Assembly: GCA_045643685.1 (NCBI GenBank) | Contig: JAZRFO010000088.1 | Span: forward strand, 1 to 28,416 | Direction of reading: 5' to 3' | DNA from: Acutalibacteraceae bacterium | Lineage (GTDB): Bacteria > Bacillota > Clostridia > Oscillospirales > Acutalibacteraceae | Length of the DNA stretch: 28,416 bases | Shown: positions 6,669 to 14,706 of the stretch, piece by piece | How positions within the stretch are numbered: position 1 is the first letter of the stretch | Layout of the letters: each line of letters begins with the position of its first letter | The notes under the pieces: model-generated | Database searches by the model: none | Told to the model about the DNA's origin: nothing | Seen by the model: only the letters and a program-made list of their open reading frames with translations | Translations under genes and position numbers: made by a program

Positions 6669-7385
6669 ATGAGAAGAATTTTAAGTCATACCCGTGCTGC
6701 TATAGATGATTACAAGATGATTAGTGATGGGGATAAAATTGCCGTTGGTATTTCAGGTGGCAAGGATTCTCTGATGCTCCTTAAGGCACTTTGCGAATTA
6801 AGGCGATTTTATTCTGCAGAGTTTCAGGTGGTTGCCATTACTCTTGATATGCGTTTCAACAATCAGGATGGCGACTTTTCCGAAATCAAGAAGATGTGCG
6901 ATGATTATGGTGTTGAGTACATCATCAAGCCCACGGATTTATATGAAATAATTTTCAATATACGAAAAGAGCCCAACCCCTGTAGCCTTTGTGCCAGAAT
7001 GCGACGCGGTATTCTACACGAGGCGGCTAAGGAGGCGGGTTGCAATAAAATAGCTCTGGGGCATCATCTTGATGATGCTGCCGAAACTTTTTTGATGAAT
7101 CTGCTTGTGGAAAGTCGTATAGGCTGTTTTGCCCCTGTAACGTACCTTTCAAGGCGTGATTTAACTATGATAAGACCTCTCATATATGTGAGAGAAAGAG
7201 AAGTCACGGCGGCGGCTGAGAGGCTTGATTTGCCCGTTGTTAAAAGCGGTTGCCCCGCAAATGAAAACACAAAACGCGAAGAAATAAAATTACTCATAAA
7301 CGAGCTGAGCGCCCGATATGGTGATGTGCCCGAGAGAATAATCGGCGCAATGCAACGTGGAAATATTGACAGATGGAATAAATAA
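6669..7385 (+). CDS. ttcA: tRNA 2-thiocytidine(32) synthetase TtcA-family PP-loop ATPase
   Basis: PP-loop SGGKDS, CSLC motif followed by RMRRG, LGHHLDD, IRPL, C-terminal GCP. Confidence 0.88.
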   Translation: MRRILSHTRAAIDDYKMISDGDKIAVGISGGKDSLMLLKALCELRRFYSAEFQVVAITLDMRFNNQDGDFSEIKKMCDDYGVEYIIKPTDLYEIIFNIRKEPNPCSLCARMRRGILHEAAKEAGCNKIALGHHLDDAAETFLMNLLVESRIGCFAPVTYLSRRDLTMIRPLIYVREREVTAAAERLDLPVVKSGCPANENTKREEIKLLINELSARYGDVPERIIGAMQRGNIDRWNK

Positions 7386-7390
7386 AAGGT

Positions 7391-7422
7391 AAACGCCTCT
7401 TGCAGTAGCAGGAGGCGTTTTT
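7391..7422 (+). terminator. Rho-independent terminator of ttcA
   Basis: AAACGCCTCTTGC-AGTA-GCAGGAGGCGTTT-TT. Confidence 0.85.
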
Positions 7423-7459
7423 AATGTAAATTTTCAGGGGATGGCTTGGTTTCCAATTT

Positions 7460-7500
7460 TAATTGCTGACCGCAGGTCCCGAAACTCCTCATTCCTAATT
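7460..7500. repeat. Heptamer-tract / mini-hairpin intergenic repeat, copy 2
   Basis: 29/32 identity to 850-881; minus strand AATTAGG AATGAGG AGTTTCG then GACC-TGC-GGTC. Confidence 0.75.
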
Positions 7501-7501
7501 G

Positions 7502-7535
7502 AAAAAGCCGCTTACTGAGGTAAGCGGCTTTTTTA
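7502..7535 (-). terminator. Terminator of htrA (symmetric, could act in both directions)
   Basis: AAAAAGCCGCTTAC-TGAG-GTAAGCGGCTTTTT, perfect 14-bp stem adjacent to the stop codon. Confidence 0.9.
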
Positions 7536-9143
7536 TTAATAACCAAAGTTTTCAAAATAACTGTCGAAGGGAGTTGTTTCGGGTTCGGGGGTGGTATTTG
7601 TTTTGTTACCCTTATCTTCAACAAGCTTTACTGTAACATCAAATGTTGTGTCGATAGTTCCGTTGTTGTTTACACGGCAAATTGTAAGCTTGAGCTTATC
7701 ACCGACTTTTGCATTTTCAATAGTTTCAAGAAGCACGTCGGTAGTTTCAAGTTCTTTGCCGTTTACGGCGGTAATAATATCGCCCACTTTTACGTTATTG
7801 TTAGTGAGGTCACTATTTTCACCGATTGTAGCAATTACAATTGAACCATAGGGAAGCTCGTTTTTCCATGCAATTGCGGAATAGGAATAGTCCTCTGAAA
7901 CAGGGATGTAGGTAATGCCAAGCATGGGTCTGTTAGTAACGTAACCATATAAAACAATCTGGTTGTAAACGTCAAGAACTGTGTTTGTAGGCACCGCGAA
8001 GCCCATACCTTCATATTCGGTGCTTGAAATTTTGGAGGAGTTAAGTCCTATAACCTGACCGTACTCATTTACCAATGCACCACCGGAGTTGCCGGGGTTT
8101 ATTGCGGCATTGTGTTGGATACAGGGGAGGTCATAAGTTGTATTGTTTGTGGGAACAGGACGGTCAATAGCGCTTATCATACCGCTTGTAAATGAACCGA
8201 AGAACTCAGTACCACCGGGGTTACCGATTGCATAAACCTTCTGTCCTACTGTTAAATTATCTGAATTACCGAAGGAAGCGGCTTTAAAGCCTGTTTTCTT
8301 AACTCTGAGAACACCAACGTCGGTTTTTGTGTCGATACCGATGATTTCAGCTTCACATTCTGTTTCGTCACTGAACTGAATCTGCACCTCAATGCCACTG
8401 TCGGATATTACGTGGGCGGCAGTTAAAATGTAGGTGTAGGTTTTGGTGTCGTCTTCGCCAACAATAATACCTGAGCCCTCGCCTGAAATCTGACTGTGAG
8501 CATAAACGATAACACCTACGTTGATGTCTTTAACGTGGTTGTAAATCTGCTCCGATGTCATAGCACCCTTGCCGGAATATTCGGAGAATGAAACAGGGGA
8601 ATCCTCAACTGAAGGAGTAGCGCCTGAGCCATACTTATCTTGGGACTCAGTCTGGTCATTGTTCTGGGGATTGTTATCCAGAATAGAAGGAGAATTTGAA
8701 TCGCCATTGTTTGACATACTCACACCGATAGCAATTGAAGAAGTAATTATGGAGATACAAATAAGAATTATAAAAACAATTTTACCTGCAAGTCCTTTTT
8801 TCTTTTTCTTCTTTTTCTTGGGGGGCGCTACGGGAGCCATGGGCTGAGTGGTACCATTGGGATTAAAGTAAACAGGTTGTTGGTTTTGTAAAGGTTGTTG
8901 GGGACGTGGTGCGTAGCCCTGTTGTGTAGGAGCATAACCACGGGGCGGCTCGGCGGGAGCATTTGAATACATCGGGGGAGTCTGTACAGGTTGTTGTGGA
9001 GCAGAAAAAGGTGTATTCATCTGCTGTGGAGTCGGTTGTTGAATTGGGTTTTGAGGAATAAACTGTTCTGTGTCAGTTTGTTCTTTTTTCTCTGCCGAAG
9101 TGTTTTCGGGAGTTGTGCCGTTGGGGTTGTAAATATCGTCCAT
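7536..9143 (-). CDS. htrA: HtrA/DegP-family membrane-anchored serine protease with PDZ domain
   Basis: Catalytic triad motifs TAAHV, DVGVL, GNSGGAL; C-terminal PDZ; P/Q-rich cytoplasmic N-terminus, poly-Lys, single TM; GGAGG RBS. Confidence 0.93.
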   Translation of the reverse strand: MDDIYNPNGTTPENTSAEKKEQTDTEQFIPQNPIQQPTPQQMNTPFSAPQQPVQTPPMYSNAPAEPPRGYAPTQQGYAPRPQQPLQNQQPVYFNPNGTTQPMAPVAPPKKKKKKKKGLAGKIVFIILICISIITSSIAIGVSMSNNGDSNSPSILDNNPQNNDQTESQDKYGSGATPSVEDSPVSFSEYSGKGAMTSEQIYNHVKDINVGVIVYAHSQISGEGSGIIVGEDDTKTYTYILTAAHVISDSGIEVQIQFSDETECEAEIIGIDTKTDVGVLRVKKTGFKAASFGNSDNLTVGQKVYAIGNPGGTEFFGSFTSGMISAIDRPVPTNNTTYDLPCIQHNAAINPGNSGGALVNEYGQVIGLNSSKISSTEYEGMGFAVPTNTVLDVYNQIVLYGYVTNRPMLGITYIPVSEDYSYSAIAWKNELPYGSIVIATIGENSDLTNNNVKVGDIITAVNGKELETTDVLLETIENAKVGDKLKLTICRVNNNGTIDTTFDVTVKLVEDKGNKTNTTPEPETTPFDSYFENFGY

Positions 9144-9182
9144 ATATTTTCCTCCGTTTCTGCGGTAAAGCAGAAAATTGTT

Positions 9183-10661
9183 TTATTTGGGAAGTTTAAC
9201 GGTGAAGCGCGTGAATGAATCCACTTCACTTTCAACAGTAATTGAGCCGTTATGAAGGTCAATTATGCTCTTGATAAGGTAAAGTCCAAGACCCGTGCTT
9301 TTAACGTCTGTGCTTCGGGATTGGTCAACCTTATAAAAACGTTCAAAGACCTTGTCAATTTCTTTTTCTGGAATACCCTTGCCTGTATTGGTAATGGCAA
9401 AGTAGGTGTAGTTTTTGTCTGCAGTTGTACTTACGGTGATTTTACCGCCTTCGTTTGTGAATTTCACCGCATTATCTGCAAGGTTATATATAACCTGGTC
9501 AATCATAGCACTGTCACCATGAATTGTGGCAGACTGCAAATCTTCAAAGCCAACAATTTCAATATTCTTCTTAGATATAAGTTGCTCAAAGCCTAAGAAG
9601 GTTGTAACAAGCTTGGGGGTAATATCAAATTGCTCTATATTCATATCCACGTTGCCTGTTTCAATTTTTGAAATGTTGAGCATTGTTGTAACCATTTTGG
9701 AAAGACGGTTGATTTCACCCGAAACAATATTAAGGTAATAATCCTGTTTTTCAGGGGGGATTGTACCGTCAAGAATACCGTTTATAAAACCGCCTATGGT
9801 GGTCATAGGGGTCTTGAATTCGTGGGAAACGTTGGCAACGAAACTGCGTCGGGAGTTTTCAATCTGTGAAAGAGATGTTGCCATAGTGTTGAATTTGGTA
9901 ACAAGCGTAGCCAATTCGTCATTGGAATTAAGCTCAGGGACTCTGTAAGAAAAATCACCCGATGCATAACATTTTGTAGCAGTTTCAAGGTTTCTGATGG
10001 GTTTTGCAATACGTTCCGTCATAAAGGAAACCGCAACTGTAACAAGAAGTAATGCCACCGCCGCAGAACACACAAACATAACAAAAACCTTTTCCACGTT
10101 TGTGAGCATATTATCCTTGATAGGTGCACTCACAACACAGAAGCCCACAAAGGTATCCTCCAAAAAAAGAGGGGACATACATACACAGTAGTATGTATCG
10201 TAAATGCCGTTAAGCTTCGAGTATTCGTTGAATTCACCGCTCATTACACGTTGAACCTGTAATGCAGGGATTTTTATATCACCATGTTTTTCGCAAACTG
10301 TACTGTCGTTTACGGAGAAATCATCAAGAGTTTCGGAGCATACTATAACGTCACCGTTTTTATTACATATAAAAGCATCATATCCCTTGCTTCTGGTTAT
10401 GAACTCAATGTTCTTGCACATGGTCACAACTGCCGCCTCCGGATTTTCGCGGATTATATCGGATTTAAAAAGCTCCGTTGTCATTTGTGCAAGGTTTGAA
10501 GCGGTGTTTTTTGTGTCGGCAGAAACCTGATTCAAAAGGGTATTTGTAACCAATATCATAAAGGACGTGCCGATAACAATAAAGCTCACAAGGACAATTG
10601 ATGAAAAAATCATAAAGTACTTAAAGAAAAAAGCACCTTTTTTGCCTTTTATTAACTTCAT
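9183..10661 (-). CDS. Sensor histidine kinase (2 TM, HAMP, HisKA, HATPase_c)
   Basis: H-box NVSHEFKTP, N-box NLADNAVKF, G1 TGKGIP, F-box FERFYKVD, G2 GLGL. Confidence 0.95.
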   Translation of the reverse strand: MKLIKGKKGAFFFKYFMIFSSIVLVSFIVIGTSFMILVTNTLLNQVSADTKNTASNLAQMTTELFKSDIIRENPEAAVVTMCKNIEFITRSKGYDAFICNKNGDVIVCSETLDDFSVNDSTVCEKHGDIKIPALQVQRVMSGEFNEYSKLNGIYDTYYCVCMSPLFLEDTFVGFCVVSAPIKDNMLTNVEKVFVMFVCSAAVALLLVTVAVSFMTERIAKPIRNLETATKCYASGDFSYRVPELNSNDELATLVTKFNTMATSLSQIENSRRSFVANVSHEFKTPMTTIGGFINGILDGTIPPEKQDYYLNIVSGEINRLSKMVTTMLNISKIETGNVDMNIEQFDITPKLVTTFLGFEQLISKKNIEIVGFEDLQSATIHGDSAMIDQVIYNLADNAVKFTNEGGKITVSTTADKNYTYFAITNTGKGIPEKEIDKVFERFYKVDQSRSTDVKSTGLGLYLIKSIIDLHNGSITVESEVDSFTRFTVKLPK

Positions 10662-10668
10662 ATATAGT

Positions 10669-11361
10669 TTACTTGGTTTCGAATTTGTAGCCTACGCCCC
10701 ATACGGTTTTAAGCTCCCATTTATCGGAAACGCCCTCTAACTTTTCGCGTAATCTTTTAACGTGAACGTCAACTGTTCTGGAGTCGCCGTAGTATTCAAA
10801 GCCCCATACCTCGTCAAGCAACTGGTCGCGTGTGTATACTCTGTTGGGGTTGCTTGCAAGGTGGAAAATAAGCTCAAGCTCCTTGGGGGGAGTGTCAATG
10901 GGCTTGTCGTCAACAATAAGCTCGTAGTTTGTGAGATTTATAGTGAGTTTATCGTAAGAAACCTCTTTTACGGAATCTACAGGGCTTGTTTTACCGCCGC
11001 TTCTTCTTAAAACGGCTTTAATTCTTGCCATAACCTCTTTGGTTTCAAAGGGTTTTGTGATATAGTCGTCCGCGCCTAATTCAAGACCCAATACCTTGTC
11101 AAAGGTTTCGCCCTTTGCAGTAAGCATAATGATGGGGGTCTGAGAGGTCTTGCGTATCTCACGGCAAATCTGCCATCCATCAAGACCGGGGAGCATTATA
11201 TCCAGTAAAACAAGGTCGGGAGCAATTGAGTTGAATTTCTCAACTGCCTGTAAACCATTTGTAACTACGTCTGTTTCAAAACCCTCTTTTTCAAGATAGA
11301 GTCTTAAAAGTTCGCAGATATTTATATCATCATCAACAATAAGGATTTTTTCGTTTGCCAT
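10669..11361 (-). CDS. OmpR/PhoB-family response regulator (230 aa)
   Basis: Receiver motifs IVDDD, LLDIMLP, KPF; winged helix RTVDVHVKRLREK, TVWGVGY. Start reassigned from 11436 to ATG 11361 after AAGGAGG. Confidence 0.96.
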   Translation of the reverse strand: MANEKILIVDDDINICELLRLYLEKEGFETDVVTNGLQAVEKFNSIAPDLVLLDIMLPGLDGWQICREIRKTSQTPIIMLTAKGETFDKVLGLELGADDYITKPFETKEVMARIKAVLRRSGGKTSPVDSVKEVSYDKLTINLTNYELIVDDKPIDTPPKELELIFHLASNPNRVYTRDQLLDEVWGFEYYGDSRTVDVHVKRLREKLEGVSDKWELKTVWGVGYKFETK

Positions 11362-11464
11362 AAATAGCCCTCCTTGAATTGTGTTATATTTATATAAAAA
11401 CATTATATACCATATTTTTTTAAAATATATGAACAATTTTTAAAATAAAAATATATTTAATAAA

Positions 11465-11509
11465 AACAATGGCAATATGTCGCGCTTGACGAACATTATT
11501 GCCATTGTT
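11465..11509 (-). terminator. Terminator of the 622-aa surface protein gene
   Basis: 12-bp inverted repeat AACAATGGCAAT/ATTGCCATTGTT followed by TTTT on the minus strand. Confidence 0.75.
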
Positions 11510-11514
11510 GATTT

Positions 11515-13383
11515 TTATTTGCTTTTACGCGACGCTTTTGCTTCAAGCTTAGCTTTTTTAGCCTTTTCTTTCGCTCTACGTGCCTTTGTTTTTTCGTCCT
11601 TGGTTTTACCTTTTTTCTTTGTGAGTATAAGGGTGATAATCAAGGCGAGTATAAGCAGAACACAAACAACCAATGAAACAATAATTACAAGTTTTCTTGC
11701 CTGTTCGTCCTTTTCTTCATCTTCGTAAAGATAGTCGGTGGTTTCTGTTGTGTCACCTACAAAAACAGCTTGTATAATACCATCGTCCGTAAGCACGTAT
11801 TTGTAGCCCTCGGGGAGGGTTTCGAAAGTTGTCTGACTTATAACGTTGCCCTGTTGGTCAACAAGCTGACCTTTGTCGTTAAGGGATAAAATCTTACCTG
11901 CAAGGTTGGAGGCAACACCGTTAATTCCGCTTACGTAGGGGAGCCCGGGAATGGTAAGGGTAACCTCTGCATAAGTGCCGTTTGCGTTACTGTTACCATT
12001 GTTACCGCCCGATGGTGACTGTGTAGTACTGTTGGGGTGAATGATACCCGTTAAGTTACTGTCAGGGGGTGGTGTAGTGCCCTGGAAAATGTTGAGCTTG
12101 TAGGTAGACGTTTTCGTAACACCTTTGTCAGTATTTTTACAAACAATGTTAAGTATCTGCTTTTCAACATTTAAAAGTGAAACCTTTGCATACTGACCGC
12201 TAGGGATTTTAGTTCCGTTAATGGTGATTACGGAGTTGGTGTCCAAAGCCGTAGGGTTAACAGAAATTGTTTCGCGTTTGCTTTCGAGGTAGATATTATA
12301 TTCGTGAATATCGGAATAAAACTCGTTTTCAAGGTCAAATCGGTCTGTTTTCTGGGTTACTAATCTGAAACAAGACTCGTAACTGTATTTGTTCTGTGAA
12401 ATGGTGAGTTTAGCATCCTCATAAGCCATTCTCTGGAGAATGTAATATGCAACAGAGCGATTATTTGCAGTTTTCTCAAGGGTTTCGGGGTCCAATTTAA
12501 CCCTGTACTGTGTACCAAGCATAGCGGTGAGGTACTTTTTCTGAAGCTCCTCAGTTGTGGCGGTTTCGGAGTCGATAGCAAGTCCGTAGTTGCGTATTGA
12601 CATAATGGCAACTCGTCTGTAAACCTCTTCGCGAGGAAGTTTAACGATTTCGGTTGCGGAAACATAGCCGTTGGTGTAAAGCGCCATAAGAGAGGTGTAG
12701 TATATGTAATCCTCTAAATCACCAAGGGCACTTGAACCGAAGAATTTAGAAATGAAAGCTGAAAGAGAGGATTGGTTACCCGAGAGAGCGGCTATGTATA
12801 AAACAACCGCATCCTCAAGGGGAGTTCCCGCGGGAATTGTAAGATGTTCGCCCGTGTACACGTAGTAAAGGTCGTTTTTCATCAAAGCGTAAAGTGCGCT
12901 TATCATAAGGATTTTGTCTGGATCCTGTTCTTCTTCCTCGGTGATTATAATACCCTGTTGGCGAAGCCAGTCTGCTTTGGATTTGTCGGATGCGGAGGGG
13001 TCGGAAATAATGGAAAGAGCACCCACCTGTTCGAGGAAGTATATGTAAGCGGCACGCTGAGATTCCTCATCGAGAGTGTATGTCTCAACATATTCTTCAA
13101 CCTCTGCATTGAAACCCTTGGCATCGTTTGTGTAAGGATAGTCCGTTACAGGGTAAAGGGCAAGTTCAGTAAAAATACCATCAGTAGAGAGCATATCCTC
13201 TTTAACTGCGAGCTTTCTTACCCATGAGGGGTCATTGGTATCGTAAAGATACTGGGTCTGGATACCGGGGTTGGAAATATCAATTGTAGGTGCAAATTCT
13301 TTTGCAAATGCTGAAATGGAAAGAGAGCCGAAAATAAGAATTACGGCAAGAAAAAATGATAAGATTTTTACACTTTTTTTCAT
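11515..13383 (-). CDS. Cell-surface protein: signal peptide, uncharacterised helical region, cadherin-like beta-sandwich, C-terminal TM and Lys-rich tail (about 622 aa)
   Basis: MKKSVKILSFFLAVILIFGSLSISAFA signal peptide; FYSDIHEYNIY...ISVNPTA...ITING...STYKLNI resembles a cadherin-like beta sandwich; TM near the C-terminus. Start at ATG 13383 based on AGGAG spacing. Confidence 0.8.
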   Translation of the reverse strand: MKKSVKILSFFLAVILIFGSLSISAFAKEFAPTIDISNPGIQTQYLYDTNDPSWVRKLAVKEDMLSTDGIFTELALYPVTDYPYTNDAKGFNAEVEEYVETYTLDEESQRAAYIYFLEQVGALSIISDPSASDKSKADWLRQQGIIITEEEEQDPDKILMISALYALMKNDLYYVYTGEHLTIPAGTPLEDAVVLYIAALSGNQSSLSAFISKFFGSSALGDLEDYIYYTSLMALYTNGYVSATEIVKLPREEVYRRVAIMSIRNYGLAIDSETATTEELQKKYLTAMLGTQYRVKLDPETLEKTANNRSVAYYILQRMAYEDAKLTISQNKYSYESCFRLVTQKTDRFDLENEFYSDIHEYNIYLESKRETISVNPTALDTNSVITINGTKIPSGQYAKVSLLNVEKQILNIVCKNTDKGVTKTSTYKLNIFQGTTPPPDSNLTGIIHPNSTTQSPSGGNNGNSNANGTYAEVTLTIPGLPYVSGINGVASNLAGKILSLNDKGQLVDQQGNVISQTTFETLPEGYKYVLTDDGIIQAVFVGDTTETTDYLYEDEEKDEQARKLVIIVSLVVCVLLILALIITLILTKKKGKTKDEKTKARRAKEKAKKAKLEAKASRKSK

Positions 13384-13425
13384 AATATCCATCTCCTTTC
13401 AAAAGATTTTGCAAACATAAAACAC

Positions 13426-13454
13426 ATTATACCAAAAAATAGCATTCAAGTCAA
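13426..13454 (-). promoter_or_regulatory. Near-consensus sigma-A promoter of the surface protein gene
   Basis: TTGACT, 17 bp, TGgTATAAT. Confidence 0.8.
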
Positions 13455-13459
13455 ATGCA

Positions 13460-14503
13460 TTATTTGGAAAAAGCGAAAACAGTACGTGTGTTGTAGACCT
13501 CATTTGCATCATAAATGCAGGTGGGCCATTGGGGGTGGTTGGGTGAATCAGGGAAAACCTGAGTTTCAAGGCAGAAAGCACAACGCTTTGTCATAGGAAT
13601 TCCGTTTTTTCCAGGGATTGTGCCGTCAAAGAAGTTTCCTGTGTAAAGCTGAATACCGGGAAGGTCAGTTTTAACAGTCATAACAATACCACTCTTGTCA
13701 CCTTTTGCAATTGCCGCAGTTTTAAGACTTCCGACATAATCTGCGATACAGAAGTTGTGGTCGTAGCCCATACCGTTTTTAAGCTGGATATGGTCATTTT
13801 CAATATCTCTGCCAATAGTTTTTTCACTTGTGAAATCAAAGGGAGTACCCTCAACAGGTGTAAGCTCACCTGTGGGAATGCTTATTTCGTCAATGGGGGT
13901 GAATCGGTCTGCGTTAATTGTAAGTGTGTGGTTAAGAATATCACCACTGCCTGTACCATTAAGATTAAAATAAGCGTGCTTGGTAAGATTAATAACTGTC
14001 TTTTTGTCGGAAACGGCGTTATAAAGAAGTTCTAATTCATCGTTGTCGCTTAAAGTGTATGTAACGCTTACCTCAACGTTTCCGGGGAAACCTTCGGTGC
14101 CGTCAGGACTGAAATATGTGAACTTAACTGCGTTGTCACCGAGGATTTCGGTGTTCCATACTGCGGAGCTGTATTCACCGCCACCGTGAAGGCTTGTGAT
14201 ACCTTTTTCGTTAAGTGTAACGTTGTATTCAACACCGTCGATGAAGAATTTGCCGTCCTTGATACGGTTAGCATATTGACCTACAACAACGCCCTGATAA
14301 TCGGAGCGGTTAACGTGACCGTCAAGGGTATCGTGACCTACGAGAACGTCAATTAATTCGCCCTCGTTATTTTTTATAAAGAATTTGTCAAGAGTAGCGC
14401 CTTTTTCAATAAGGTGTGCTCTTGTGCCGTTTTTATTTTCAATAATATATGCGTTTACGTCTTTGCCGTTCAAAGTGCCGTAAAGTGATTTTGTAATTGC
14501 CAT
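13460..14503 (-). CDS. galM: Aldose 1-epimerase (galactose mutarotase)
   Basis: Motifs GQYANRI, LHGG, EGFPG, NLTKHAYFNL, GYDHNF, QLYTGN, CLETQ; GGAGG RBS. Confidence 0.95.
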   Translation of the reverse strand: MAITKSLYGTLNGKDVNAYIIENKNGTRAHLIEKGATLDKFFIKNNEGELIDVLVGHDTLDGHVNRSDYQGVVVGQYANRIKDGKFFIDGVEYNVTLNEKGITSLHGGGEYSSAVWNTEILGDNAVKFTYFSPDGTEGFPGNVEVSVTYTLSDNDELELLYNAVSDKKTVINLTKHAYFNLNGTGSGDILNHTLTINADRFTPIDEISIPTGELTPVEGTPFDFTSEKTIGRDIENDHIQLKNGMGYDHNFCIADYVGSLKTAAIAKGDKSGIVMTVKTDLPGIQLYTGNFFDGTIPGKNGIPMTKRCAFCLETQVFPDSPNHPQWPTCIYDANEVYNTRTVFAFSK

Positions 14504-14533
14504 TTTAATTACCTCCCAAATATCGCTATTATA

Positions 14534-14563
14534 AATATAACCTATTAAAAGGCACTAAGTCAA
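14534..14563 (-). promoter_or_regulatory. Possible sigma-A promoter of galM
   Basis: TTGACT, 18 bp, TATATT. Confidence 0.5.
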
Positions 14564-14578
14564 GGGAGGTTTGAGAAG

Positions 14579-14627
14579 TTAACTTTAAATTAACATTAAT
14601 TTACATTTTGTTATCAATTCTTTAACA
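14579..14627. promoter_or_regulatory. Phased direct-repeat array (TTAACT, TTAACA, TTTACA, TTATCA, TTAACA); candidate OmpR/PhoB-type operator
   Basis: Hexamers start at 14579, 14590, 14600, 14611 and 14622 (10-11 bp period), between the -35 boxes of two divergent promoters. Confidence 0.5.
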
Positions 14628-14646
14628 TTTCGGGTGTTTAATCGCG

Positions 14647-14675
14647 TTGATTATTTTTAATAAATATGGTATTAT
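14647..14675 (+). promoter_or_regulatory. Sigma-A promoter of the FHA-SEDS/PBP operon
   Basis: TTGATT, 17 bp, TGgTATTAT. Confidence 0.65.
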
Positions 14676-14706
14676 ATGAAGGATTAGTAAAAGGGGAGGT
14701 ATTCTT

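Noticed and set aside
8806-8825. Poly-Lys (KKKKKKK) tract in HtrA as a slippery or frameshift site
   Set aside because: Mixed AAG/AAA codons keep the frame intact; it is a normal positive-inside cluster before the TM helix.
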